A stretch of DNA of 63,338 nt, counting the filler, from Octopus bimaculoides (Eukaryota): the NCBI RefSeq assembly GCF_001194135.2. It is 6 parts of 6 records of this genome, joined end to end, with 100 filler letters (N's around TTAATTAATTAA, not from the genome) between each part and the next. Parts side by side here need not be neighbours in the genome. Positions count along the whole stretch, not along the records: positions 1 to 15,338 come from NC_068982.1; positions 15,439 to 41,595 come from NC_068983.1; 4 more parts are not named here. The stretch is one strand, 5' to 3'. The number at the start of each line of letters is the position of its first letter. Position 1 is the stretch's first letter. The position numbers and the translations under genes are program-made. The notes beneath the pieces are model-generated. The model worked only from the letters and a program-made list of their open reading frames with translations, ran no database searches and was not told where the DNA came from. Below are positions 11,835 through 24,071 of this stretch, piece after piece.

Positions 11835-12387
11835 ACAGATCTAATATAATGATTTGGGATAGAAAAGAGAAACTGTGTACAGTTGTGGAAATCAGCTGCT
11901 CAGCGGATGTTAACATAAAGCTAATGCTGAACTACTGAGAAATCTGCAGTTATTCTATCCAGATTACAAGTTCAGCTTTATACCTGCAATGATCGAAGTC
12001 CTGCGATATGTAACACACTGCCTAAATACCAATCTTGAGAAAATAGGCTTCTCAAAACCAGAAAGGAGAAAGCTAATTCGAAGACGACAGATCCATCCAT
12101 CCATCACTAGAACGATAAAAATCTGTAAAACTTTGCAGAAATTTATCATTTACGTATATATGAGCAAGTCTAAATACATACATACATAAAGCAAAACATA
12201 CATGCACGCATGCATACATACATACATATATACATAGATACATACATACGTACATACATACATATACATACATACATACATACAAACAAAAATACCCTGT
12301 TGTTGATGTTGAAATTCCAATGATCTGGGTTAGAAACCGGCTCTTTCTTTATTGGCAAGAAATTTTGAACTAAACTGAATAATGATA
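11835..12387 (+). mobile_element. R4/Dong-like non-LTR retrotransposon 3' end (restriction-like endonuclease domain plus 3' UTR)
   Basis: IMIWDRKEKLCTVVEISCSADVN...LRNLQLFYPDYKFSFIPAMIEVLRYV...KICKTLQKF, a PD-(D/E)XK-type C-terminus. It ends AACTGAATAATGATA and runs into a (TACA)n array. Confidence 0.75.
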
Positions 12388-13050
12388 TACATATATACAT
12401 ACACACATACATACACACTTACATACACACACACATACATACATACATACATACACATACATACATACATACACACACACATACATACATATATANNNNN
12501 NNNNNNNNNNNNNNNNNNNNNNNNNNNNNNNNNNNNNNNNNNNNNNNNNNNNNNNNNNNNNNNNNNNNNNNNNNNNNNNNNNNNNNNNNNNNNNNNNNNN
12601 NNNNNNNNNNNNNNNNNNNNNNNNNNNNNNNNNNNNNNNNNNNNNNNNNNNNNNNNNNNNNNNNNNNNNNNNNNNNNNNNNNNNNNNNNNNNNNNNNNNN
12701 NNNNNNNNNNNNNNCACACATACATACATACATACATACATACATACACACATACATACATACATACATACATACACACATACATACATACACACATACA
12801 TACATATATACATACATACATACACACATACATACATACACACACATACATACATACATACATACACACATACATACATACATACATACATACATACATA
12901 CATACATACACACAAACATACATACATACATACACACATACATACATACACACACATACATACATACATACATACATACATACATACATACATACACACA
13001 TACATACACACATACATACATACATACATACATACATACATACATACATA
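12388..13050. repeat. (TACA)n/(CA)n microsatellite array containing an N-gap
   Basis: Long imperfect CATA array; it generates the spurious YVCM/HTYI ORFs. Confidence 0.97.
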
Positions 13051-13940
13051 CGGTAAAACTGCTTCTGCAACAAGCATTTTTCTCCGAAAAAAAACAGAGA
13101 AAGATAAACCAAAAATGGCCGCCAGAGAAAGCAGTGTTATAACAACTCTGACGATGCTAATGGATTTTCTTAAAACACTGAGAATTGTCCAAAATGTGCC
13201 ACGAGGAAGATTGAGAGTGATGTAAACCAACTGCTGCTGTGTATCTTCACACGTAACCAATTCTCCAGAGACCACTGCGGAATATATTCAACTTAAGAAC
13301 ATCCTGAAATCACAGTTCGTAAAACGAACTCTTCCAGTTTTCGAAACTGTCGTTGAGTTCTTAAGAAAATTGAAGAAAAAGCCAACTGCTATCTTGTTGA
13401 AAGTTATCGATGCCGAAGCAGACTACGTGAGATCATGTGATGTTAATTAATAGATAATTAATGCCTCTATATACAGAACCAAGGTCAGTTTTAAAGGAGA
13501 AATATGAAGTTTACATAGCAATGAAATTGCTAAACGGAAGCAACCTAGATGCAAAATAAAACTTGAAGAAAACATCAACAATCTGTTTTGCCATATTGAA
13601 TGTATGGCGACTAATGAATTTACATCTTCCAATCACATCTTGTGCAATAATTAACGAAACTCTACGGTGACTCTTTACACCATGCTTTTGAGGGGAAGCT
13701 AATTACTCTAAAACGCGAATTCAGAATGCAGAGTCAAAGACTTTGTTGTCATAGAATATATTGTGAGGGAAACCTGTTTACTCTCAATCCACAAACACTA
13801 TATTTTGAGAGGAGGAAAGAAAACATAATTGCGGAGAAAGTCCCCTTCTCAAGATTTTGATTCATTCTGGCCTAAAATCTGAAATGAAGAGTTTTCAACC
13901 ATAATGCATCGTGGCTAAGGGCAGCTAAGAAAGAATAAAG

Positions 13941-14372
13941 CACGAGTGGCTATATGGTAAGTAGCTTGCTTCCCAACCACATGGTTTCGGTTTCAGTCCC
14001 ACTATAGCCTCGGACCGACCAATGCATTGTGAGTGGATTTGGTAGACGGAAACTGAAAGAAGCCCATCATATGTATATATGTATGTATGTGTGCGTGTAT
14101 GTGTGTGACATCCGATGTTTGTGTGTTTACGTCCCCGTAACGTAATGGTTCGGCAGAAGAGACCGATAAAATAAGTACTAGGCTTACAAATAATAAGTGC
14201 TTGGATTGATTTCTTCGCCTAAAGTCGATATATGCGATGTATGGATATATGCATATATTTATATATTAATTTTTTATATATATATATATATATATATGCA
14301 TGTATGTATATATTTAACGGTGGTGTCCCAGTATGGCCACAGCTTTCGAGCTGAAACTAGTTAACAAAAAAA
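13941..14372 (+). mobile_element. SINE family B with an internal deletion and microsatellite inserts
   Basis: Matches 5840-6229 in the head, the GGTAGACGGAAACTGAAAGAAGCCC block and the 3' module. Confidence 0.85.
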
Positions 14373-14563
14373 TACATATTATACAGGAGGTACGAGAGGT
14401 GCAAAGGCCCCACCCCTACAATTTTTGGGTGGGCAATAAAAACGGTTTGAGCATCCTTCTAAAATACTCCAACACCAAAACCGAACGAACGTAGAAACAT
14501 TTTGGGACGGATTTAGAACATTAACTTTCCATTATTAGATGCATAGGATTCGATTGATGTTCC

Positions 14564-14599
<36 letters not shown>

Positions 14600-14891
14600 C
14601 TGGAAATAGAGATAACTCGAATGTGGAATCTAAAAACAGAAACAATTCCTATCATAGTAGGTGCCTTAGGTATAATAAAAAAATATTCAGACAAATACAT
14701 AACAAAAATAGCAGGACTTACAAATATATATAACATACAGAAAATTGCACTACTGGGTACTGCACACATCCTACGCAAAACACTTTCAATACAGTAAACA
14801 TAAGAGCACCACAGCAAACCACAGCACATACCCAAGGCGCACAGAGCTGCGCTCGGTAGTGAAGTGAAAGCACGTTATAAAAATAAAACTA

Positions 14892-14896
<5 letters not shown>
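14600..14896 (+). mobile_element. R4/Dong-like LINE 3' end, family 1, in a (TAA)n array
   Basis: LEIEITRMWNLKTETIPIIVGALGIIKKYSDKYITKIAGLTNIYNIQKIALLGTAHILRKTLSIQ* plus 3' UTR, with (TAA)n on both sides. Confidence 0.88.
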
Positions 14897-14982
<86 letters not shown>

Positions 14983-15012
14983 GTGGTGATGATGATGATG
15001 ATGATGATGATT
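14897..15012. repeat. (TAA)n/(ATG)n trinucleotide microsatellite
   Basis: Visible directly. Confidence 0.97.
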
Positions 15013-15160
15013 ATCATTTCCATTGTATCCGTGTTTGTTTTTAATATTACGACTGGAAATAATCAAACTTCTTCGTACAAATTTTGGATACTGGGTTTAC
15101 AACCCCTAACCAAATTTCGTTCCCGCGCTTATGTATGTATGTACGTATCTTTGTATGTAT

Positions 15161-15197
<37 letters not shown>

Positions 15198-15307
15198 ACA
15201 GGAGGTGGTCAAACTCCGCATGATACATATGCATGTGTGCATGTGTATATTTATATATATATACATATATATATATATGTATATGTATATATATATATAC
15301 ATTTGTA

Positions 15308-15338
<31 letters not shown>

Positions 15339-15438
15339 NNNNNNNNNNNNNNNNNNNNNNNNNNNNNNNNNNNNNNNNNNNNTTAATTAATTAANNNNNN
15401 NNNNNNNNNNNNNNNNNNNNNNNNNNNNNNNNNNNNNN
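15339..15438. other. Assembly spacer: 44 N + TTAATTAATTAA + 44 N (also at 41596, 47163, 56086 and 61340)
   Basis: An identical 100-bp layout occurs five times; the 12-mer gives stop codons in all six frames. Confidence 0.95.
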
Positions 15439-16874
15439 CCTGATGAGAAGGTTACAATTTTAATATCAAAGATCCCTATAGATCACACAAGTTGTAATCC
15501 TTTGAAACATATGTAGGAATAAAATATGCAATTATAACATACGTTTTCTCCATTCCTTAAATTCTTATATATATATATATATATATATATAAACATGCAA
15601 TACATTTTCTATTGAGGGCTTGAGATAAAGGTCCACAATAAGTGGGTTAGAGTTCATATTAATAGTTGTGATATTAGTCGATACTAAAAGTAATAAATTC
15701 CTGGGTATTAATCAAGATACTTTATTATTTTCCGTTACTTCTTGTTTATCGAGTTGCTGAAACCCTGCGGGAAGTGGGGAGGAGGTTATTGTCAGTCCCA
15801 TGATCTAATTGGTCATCTATTGTTTTGAAAGACCATGACTTTGTTAGGGTTGGTTAATGCATAACCGCTAACATAAACATCAATGTAGGCAAAATATATA
15901 AATGTATAAAAATAAAAAAGCAATTAATCCAATATATATATATATATACACACATTGTAAATGCTCCTTCTATACTTGTCGCTTTTGCAGTCATGGACAA
16001 ACTGTGGTTTGAAGGGCTTTCTGAATGGTATACTTAAACGAACAGTTACCTAGAAAATTTTTGTAGTGCGGCCCGTCTGATGATGAAACATGTCACATGA
16101 GGTCCATTTCTCAAAAGAGGTTACGGATACTTGCATTATACGTTTGTACTGCAATGTAGCCTCTTATGTTTTATGCCATATTAAATAAATTGCATAACCA
16201 ACTGCATGTTGGTTGCAGTTATTACATTCTGAATTATTCTTTACTATACATAATAAAAATTTATTCTGGTCCCTGTAAATTAATTTTCTGTACAAATTTT
16301 GCACCAACATAAATAAAAATAAACTGTAGAGAGAATAAAAAAAAAAAGAATTAAAATATGTATATGCATTTCTGTCTGTCTGTTGTTATGTTGTTTTTAT
16401 TAAAATTTTAATCGTAAATGAAAAATGACATGCATATTATTTGCATTCTGAATGCAAATATAAACAATTAAGTGAACACATAAATAAAGAAGAAATAAAT
16501 AAAATACAAAACACTGTATGTTGTAAAGCTGCTTTAATAAATAGAAACAATCAAATCAAATATTTTTGGATGTCTAAAATTAGACCATTATCCAAACTGT
16601 TTTATTTATTGATTTGAAGAACAGTTTTTGATGCAAGCATTATTTTTTGAAAGCAGCAGTCATTGTAATATTGAGTTTGTATACTTTATTGCTCATGTGC
16701 GCTTACGTATAATTTTTAAAGTGTTTACATGCATTTTTGTCAGTTTGACCTTTTGGCAAAAAGAAGGTTATATAATAATATTGCTAATGCATTCGTTTCA
16801 AAATACATACCATAATATCAAGTGTCAGTTAAGTTGTCTCTAAATTTAAAAAAAAATATTTACCGAATATATTT

Positions 16875-17860
16875 GCGGTAAGTACGAGTCGAATTTGAAA
16901 CTGCCTCACTTTAATAATTTCTCCGAAATATCACATTGCTATTTTAGTCTTGTTTTTAGCATCAACGCGTGTGAGCCTGGAAGGTAGAGGACATTTAGCT
17001 GAAACTTTGGTGGTTCATATCTACTGTATCACCGACAGTGGTTGCATGCATGGCTGTAAACACATACTGCCGTGTAGGAGATCTATTCGTCTTTGTGGTA
17101 ATAATAAAATAAAATAATAATAAAAAAAACGAGCGTTTCGTTTCACTGGCAAAAGGGGTCAATACTTCTTGCAGGTAAGATAGCGTAAACCAAAGAGAGA
17201 GCCTTTATGCATCTGTTTGATCTGCGTAGATGGTAATCACAACTCTCCCTAATCACATCCAACCACTTCTGTAAGGCTTGTATGGGATAGTTGACAAGAT
17301 AGCTTACTGTAAGCGCACGCGCAGTCATGTGGAGATTTGTCAGGACATAAACGACTGCTACAACGATGAATCCAAATGACATAGTATGGAATGAAAACAG
17401 ACACAGTGTTCAGTGGAACGGTGAGCAAAATGCCAATTCAAGACAGCCTTCCACAGACAAAGTGATGCAAACCTCTTTTGAGTACACAAAAGGGCCTATA
17501 CTGTAATATTACATGGAAAACTGGCCTACATTCACCAGTGTAGGCTATAATAAACTGTCGGCTAAAACACTGAAATCAGCTATTCGCCCCAAACGCTGAT
17601 GTCTATTGTGAAATAAAATGTTATTGTTGCACAACAATGCATGCCTAAATACGGCCGCCCAACAGTTGAAACCATTGAAAAGTTGGCTTTCGAGTTACTG
17701 GAACATCCTGCATACAGCTCAGATCAGGACCCTTCTAACTATAAGGGCTTTGGACCGCTGGAACATCCGCTACGAAGTCGTCGATTTGCTATGGACGAAG
17801 AAGTACAGAAATCGCCGCATAAATGACTGCACGACCAACCAAAGACCTTCTCCGATGGAA
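16875..17860 (+). mobile_element. Highly decayed mariner
   Basis: KTQPSTDKVMQT, LKSAIRPKR, MLLLHNNA, TVETIEKLAFELLEHPAYSSDQDPS (YSPDLAPSD-like) and RRFAMDEEVQ. The left boundary is uncertain. Confidence 0.78.
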
Positions 17861-17864
17861 TGAG

Positions 17865-18486
17865 CAAGAGTGCTTCCCGGAGACAGTACAATCTGAGGAT
17901 ATGTACCAAGAGTGATCAAAATCAAACACTCAGTCAACATCATGGTGTTTGGAGTTATCACCAGTGGTGGCGACGTTATTCTTCCATTCATCTTCCTACA
18001 CGGGTTCAGACTCAACGTACAGGCCTACATCAAGTGTGTGGAGGTGGCATTGCTTTCTTGGGTGAAGAGGATGACTGCTGGAAGGTCCTATGTCTGGCAA
18101 CAAGACTCTGCACCATGTCACACAAGTAGGAGAACTCAGTCATGGCTGTCAGACAATTTCTGCGACCACATCACCCTAAACATCTGGACGATTAACTTCC
18201 CAGAGTACAACGCCCTTGTTTATTATGTGCAGGGCGCAGTTGAGCGAGAGACCAGAAAAACCCCTTGTGACATCAAAGATGAACTGAAGGCAATGATTAT
18301 GGCAACATTCACCAAATTAAACAAGGAGACAGTCCAGAAGAGTTGCAGATTTAGAAGTTATGTGAATAAATTAACTCTTTATTATTTCAAGATATTTTTC
18401 TGTAATTTTGGTAAATATATCTGTTAAAATGAAATGTCAGTGTTCTTTTCATGTTTGCATAATTTAGACGACAGTTCATTCACCTG
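17865..18486 (+). mobile_element. maT/DD37D-like Tc1/mariner transposase 3' half with right end
   Basis: IMVFGVITSGGDVILPFIF, YVWQQDSAPCHTSRRTQSWLSDNF and GAVERETRKTPCDIKDELKA; it ends ...ACAGTTCATTCACCTG followed by TA. Confidence 0.88.
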
Positions 18487-18995
18487 TATATATATACACA
18501 TATTAGGTATTTTTCGAAGACTGGTAAGTTTTCTTACGTCTATTCGGTGCTGATAATTTGATTTGAAACCTAATTTTTTTATGAATTGAAACTAGTTTCA
18601 AGCTTGAATGTCTACTTTTCTTGACAAAAGTACGTTTCTGTTCTGAAACTGAATTCAGATTACAATTAATTTAACATTACTCTCACGGCATATATGAGAT
18701 CTTAAAAAAGAAAAAAAAAACAGAAGAGTAATTAATATCACTATAAAGTGGAACACCTCAACAAATCAAGTCCAAGATATATGATGGAAGCATATATCGG
18801 TGGAATCTGTGCGTGGCTGAAAAGTAACTATTCCTGTTCAATAACATGAACAGAAAGGACTAAGCCACTGTCAGATGTTTGGGCAAGAAGGCTTCAGTTT
18901 ATAATTATTTAAATATATTCTTATATATTCGAATTACAAATTGGGTGAATAACATCTTAAAATGTTTTGCGGCGGTTTGTAAACGATTAACTCAC

Positions 18996-19001
18996 CCTTC
19001 T
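18996..19001 (-). CDS. Candidate 6-nt microexon (AGAAGG) of an unidentified host gene
   Basis: The minus strand reads ctaaaacatttttttctcttcTGCtatag|AGAAGG|gtgagt: branch-point-like motif, pyrimidine tract, AG acceptor and consensus donor. No transcript evidence. Confidence 0.3.
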
Positions 19002-19291
19002 CTATAGCAGAAGAGAAAAAAATGTTTTAGAGCAGTATGTTCCGAAAAATATAAGTGCAGATGTACATGAAGGACTATCTTCCCCGGAGCAAAACAATTT
19101 CAACCAAACGTAGTTATTTCGCACAGACGGGAATATGCCCTGTCATAAACCAATGAAATCGATATATTTAGCACTATCTTGAAAATGTCCACTCTAATCC
19201 AAATATCATTTTCGCAGGAACAGTGCATTAAGCTAAACGCTGTGAAGCAATACATTGAATTACCAGTTGCCTACATGCCCGCATGATTACA

Positions 19292-19352
<61 letters not shown>

Positions 19353-19639
19353 GCATATATTTCGGCAAAAGATTTCCCCCAGGATAAGTAAATTGACCGA
19401 CTGGTACCTTTGAAAAAAATACGTATGCAATATGCATATATACGTATGCATGTATATCACATATATAAGGATTACATTCAATTTATAACCTACGTAACAA
19501 AACGCTATTTAGAACTGCATAAAAATGTTCTAAGACGAATGAAAGCACGTATTGGAATTTCGTAGATGCTTTAGCTATTATCACGTCTTTCGTCTAATTG
19601 AGCTTGGGCTTAAGTAGATTATTAAATGTCTAACAGGTT

Positions 19640-20430
19640 AATGTTTAGTCCAATGTTAATTTTTCATTCAACTCAATATTTAATGTAATATCTGACGATC
19701 TTGCCCACAACCTTCTATCAAGATGTTCCCATATATGTTCTACTGAATTAAAATCATGGCTTTGAGCAATCCATTTAACAGATAAATTTCTGAATTCTTT
19801 TCCAAACTTGTGGTAACTTGTTTCTGTGGCATGGGAATCTGTCTTGTAAAATCCATTGATGCTCCTATCAGTTCCTATATTGGAAAATATGGCTAATGTC
19901 AGACCATTCTCAAGCACTTATAAGATCTTCATTTCTTAAATGAAATACGATGTACTTCACGCAGCAACTCTCTTCAAGCTTAAAAATTCTAACTCTTCCG
20001 TGTTTAACTGCTTCTTGTAAATAAACCACTTGCCCCTTTTCAGTTCTGTTACATCACAAATAGATCTGTCTTGAACTGGAGTACTGGCAGAATTTTCTCC
20101 TATCACGTAATGTTACTGGCGGCCAGAACCAATTTAACTTTTCGCAGAACACTTTAACCCATTGAATCTTTTAAGCTTTTTAGCTTTTGAAGACATTGGT
20201 TAATTTCTTGCAACCATTACTTGGTATCCAAAGTATTTACAATATTGTTCTGTTGCAGTACAACAATATATCCATTGAAATTTCAACTTTTCTATCTGAT
20301 GCACGTCGAGGTATATAACATTACCTCTAAGTGGCGCACGTGGCCTTCTCAGAAATTTCTGTGTATTTCCATATCTCTTCACTTCTGCAATGTCCTATTT
20401 TCTTCAATCACTTAATTATCTTAGCCACAG
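19640..20430 (-). mobile_element. Decayed Tc1 (DD34E-like) transposase
   Basis: VKHG motif, then KWIAQSHDFNSVEHIWEHLDRRL (WPAQSPDLNPIEHLW-like). Confidence 0.7.
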
Positions 20431-20579
20431 TTTGATGATTAATTTCGAAAACATCGAATTATGTGTAGAGTGGACTTTCCACACTGATAACAGTCGATGA
20501 CTTGTCTGCACATAAATTAATCATTACTTTTTTTTTCTAAATTTTTCATTATTGAGCTGTTTTATGAAATTAAACTTAC

Positions 20580-20616
20580 AATTGATCTAGCAGCATGATA
20601 AACTTCATATATGTAG
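20580..20616 (-). CDS. Candidate 37-nt exon (YIYEVYHAARSI, phase 2 to 0)
   Basis: ttttactttttttaatttgaag| acceptor and |gtaagt donor; the frame is compatible with the 24022-24071 candidate. Confidence 0.25.
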
Positions 20617-20699
20617 CTTCAAATTAAAAAAAGTAAAACATCTAATTAGAAAGGAAAAAAGAGGATGAGGAACTAAAATATTTTCACAGGTCATTGTGT

Positions 20700-20765
20700 G
20701 TGCGTGTTAGTATGTCCGTGTGTGTGTCTGCGTTCATATGTGAGTGCGTGCATGTGCGCGCGCGC

Positions 20766-20847
<82 letters not shown>
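20700..20847. repeat. (GT)n/(GC)n microsatellite
   Basis: Visible directly. Confidence 0.97.
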
Positions 20848-20849
<2 letters not shown>

Positions 20850-21569
20850 ATGTAAGTAAGTTTGCAGGAATGATTAATGAGAAATCAACCAAGTAAGAAA
20901 AGACAAATCCTTTGAAACGAAATTATTTTCCTAATTTTCCTTAAGTATAGCTTTATATTTACAGTTGTTAAATGCTTTCTCTCATCACTATCAATGTGCT
21001 TGTAATCTTCATTTGGCCATTCCATTCTCTCGCTAATGCTGGACCAAATTCCTATATACTAAGCTCCATCACAATTGATTAATGGCTTAATCATCAGGAT
21101 CTCATTAGTAACTCAAAGACTTGAGCCTGTTCTACTTCAATGTAAATTACTCAATTATGTTATATAAGAATTCCGCTTATGAAATTCAAATGCTCTCAAG
21201 TGACAGGTAAGGAGACGGACCAGCCTCTCTTCCATGTCATCGTCGTCGTTGTTGCCGTCGTCATTGTAATTTCTGCTGTTGTCGCGGTGGTCGGCGTTGT
21301 AGAAGCTGCTATCATTCTTGACGCTGACATCATGGTCAGAGACTTAGTCGTCATCGTAACCGTCGTCGAAGTCTTGTCGCCACCCTCATCGTCATCATCA
21401 TCGTCAGAAGCAGCGGTTGAAATGAGTAGAAACAAAGAGAAATTAGCAGTACTAATGACATATCGTAGAATTTCATATCCAAGACACAAGTTTTTTTTCA
21501 TGACAGCACAGGATCAAAATCTTTCCCTTCACAAACGAAATCCATATACTGAAGTAGCATATTTTAAAT

Positions 21570-21929
21570 TCTTTTATTCTTTTACTGGTTTCAGTCATTT
21601 GACTGCGGCCATGCCGGAGCACCGCCTTTAGTTGAACAAATAGACCCCAGGATTATTATTTGTAAGCCTAGTACTTATTCTCTAGGTTTTTTGCCGGGCC
21701 TCTAAGTTAAGGGGATGTATATACACCAACACCGGTTGTCAAGTGATGGTGGAGGACAAACACAGAAACACATATACAACGGGCTTCTTTCAGTTTCCGT
21801 CTACCAAATCCACTCACAAGGCTTTGGCCAGCCCGAGGCTATAGAAGACACTTGTCTAAGAGGCCACGCAGTGGGAATGAACCTGGAACCATGTAGTTGG
21901 GAAGCAAGCTTCTTACTACACGACCACTC
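21570..21929 (-). mobile_element. SINE family B, near full length
   Basis: Reverse complement of the 5840-6229 element. Confidence 0.88.
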
Positions 21930-23289
21930 AAACAAAAAAAAACTGCAAGTGTTTGAGAAGGAACTATACACTTAATTTTGTTACGTTGTCCAAGAGGAAG
22001 TTCATATTCATGCATGACAACGTTTGGAATTCCTACGCAAAGCCGTATGCGAGCATACTGATTTACCAACAAAAGGGAGACAGTACCAACACAACAGAAA
22101 AAAAAAATCTCAGGGTATGAGAAAAAAAAAATTCTGTAATATGTTTATACATATAAGGAGAAATCTGTCAAGAATCTTAAGTACTTTTTAGTAGATTATC
22201 ATAAGATTGAAATAAAGAAATCATACATATATAAAGATCTGGAAATAGTGATAGCCTGAATATTGATATTGAAAATACAAACAGTGCTTATAATATGTAC
22301 CTCAGTGATGGCTGAGTAAGCTTGCTGACAAGTACATAACCTTCCCGGTTGTTCAAAGAAACGCAACATACAGAGAATCTGTTTTTTTGCACAAATGTTA
22401 TGTAGAATACTATTACAATACTAATACAATAGAAAGTACAATACCAAAACACAAAGCAATATATGTGCATACACAATGCTGTCCTAGTTGTTGTTGCTTG
22501 TGGAGTAAAACCAAATATTAGAAAAATGATTAAAAAAGAACTATTTCTTTTTTACCAACAGGACCCATTCATACATTCTGTGTATGAATGTATGTAGAAT
22601 GTACTTTAATAGTAATAAAAACAAAACAAAACAATACATTGTTTTCTCTGCAGTAGTCATACTTTTAGTAGTCTTAATTCATACATAAGTCGTATGTAAG
22701 ACTGAGCCTCGGCGGGATAAAAAAAAATTGTCTTGCAAACGTCTCACGTAAGTATATGTAAATGTACATAAAACATTATATTAAGTGAAGAGAAAGATAA
22801 AATATTAAACAATGTATTGGAACGTATTTGCAAAATTATAAAATCCACAGTCATTAATTCAATATATACATATGATAGAATATTTCGTCGAAGACGAGAT
22901 ATGTGTTCAGAATGGAAATGTTTTTGCACGTTCGATGCTGTACAGTTTTTTCCCCAACTTAATAGTGCAATATGAATGCTTGATTCACTAATTAACAATA
23001 TTTCTGGCATATGTAAGTTATGCTTCGAATGAGATCACATTTGTTACAAATAAATTTATATTGCCTGAGAGTTCATTTAATTCGTTCACGATCATCCCGT
23101 ATCAATCACCTATCGCATCTGAATTTAATAAATACTAGGTGCATTCTAGAAGTTTTGAAGTTTTTTTAAGATAGACATTCATAACTGTCCAAGATCGTTA
23201 TAATTTGTCATTACTATTCATATCTAATAAGCTGATCTGCAAACGTTTGATACCCTAGATTTAAGAAATCCACTGTAACATTGCTTTAA

Positions 23290-23955
23290 ACACTACTATA
23301 CATTGCCTTTCACAGATGACTAGTTTGCAGTTGGGACGTGAAGACAAATTCGAAGCTCACAATGGAAAACAGTTTTGTATTAAACTGGACAGAAAATGCT
23401 ACAAACAGTTATGGAATGTTCCAGACTGCTTAAATTGTATGACCCGAGTATCTGTTTTTCGCTGGCACAAGAGCCCACACAAAGGAACACCACCTGGAAA
23501 CTCATGCTCAACCCGTTTGTCGACAAGTGGGATATCATTTACATATATCCACCGACCAAACGGTCAACAAAAAGTATTTTGTAGCAAGTTCAGAAAGAAA
23601 TTTCATCGCAAAAGGCCAGAAAACGTGCAGCAGGATAATGAACACCAATCCAAAATTCCAATCTTGTTACCAAACTACTTCACAAAACGGGCATGAAAAC
23701 TGTTCTTCACTCTCCCGACAGCCCAGACCTTGTTCCTTGTGACTTTTTCTTGTTTTCCAAGCTGAAAGAGATAAAAGAAGTGTGACAATTGTCATAGACA
23801 CATTCACTCTGGAGGACTTCAATGGGGCTTCGTGAAATGGTTGGAGCACTACAAGTACATAGAAGTAAGAGCATCTTATTTTGAAGGAGATTTACGTCTT
23901 TGAAAGTAATTAATGTCTCACCTGAAAAAAACTCAAAACTTCAGGAATGCACCTG
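23290..23955 (+). mobile_element. Internally deleted, decayed mariner
   Basis: N-terminal FCIKLDRK...VFRWHK joined to QTVNKKYF...RKRPE...QQDN and LHSPDSPDLVPCDFFLFSKLK...YFEGD. Confidence 0.8.
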
Positions 23956-24021
23956 TTATCCTTAGTACAGTATTCAAAGTGCCCTTCCTTCCTGCTGGTA
24001 GGTTTCATTGGAATTTCTTAC

Positions 24022-24071
24022 GTCCTCGGTGGATGCTCTTTTTCATCAATTCCAATGAATTCACAGCTGAA
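24022..24071 (-). CDS. Candidate 50-nt exon (FSCEFIGIDEKEHPPR); an alternative acceptor gives 45 nt (24022-24066)
   Basis: tttttccatattttag|ttcag| tandem acceptors and |gtaaga donor; the frame is open. Confidence 0.33.

Noticed and set aside
12330-13275. Long ORFs of YVCM/HTYI repeats, and similar poly-X, poly-HT, poly-YI and poly-SL ORFs elsewhere
   Set aside because: These are translations of microsatellites and N-gaps.
14923-15010. Poly-Met/poly-His ORFs
   Set aside because: (ATG)n microsatellite at a LINE tail.
15383-15394. Recurring TTAATTAATTAA motif inside N runs (also 41640, 47207, 56130, 61384)
   Set aside because: It always has exactly 44 N on each side and stops all six frames, so it is an assembly spacer.
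17143-17382. 79-aa minus-strand ORF
   Set aside because: It is antisense to a decayed mariner and has no recognisable motif.
21179-21631. 150-aa ORF with a hydrophobic V/A-rich stretch resembling a membrane protein
   Set aside because: It derives from a decayed (GTC/GTT/ATC)n trinucleotide tract and runs into a SINE.
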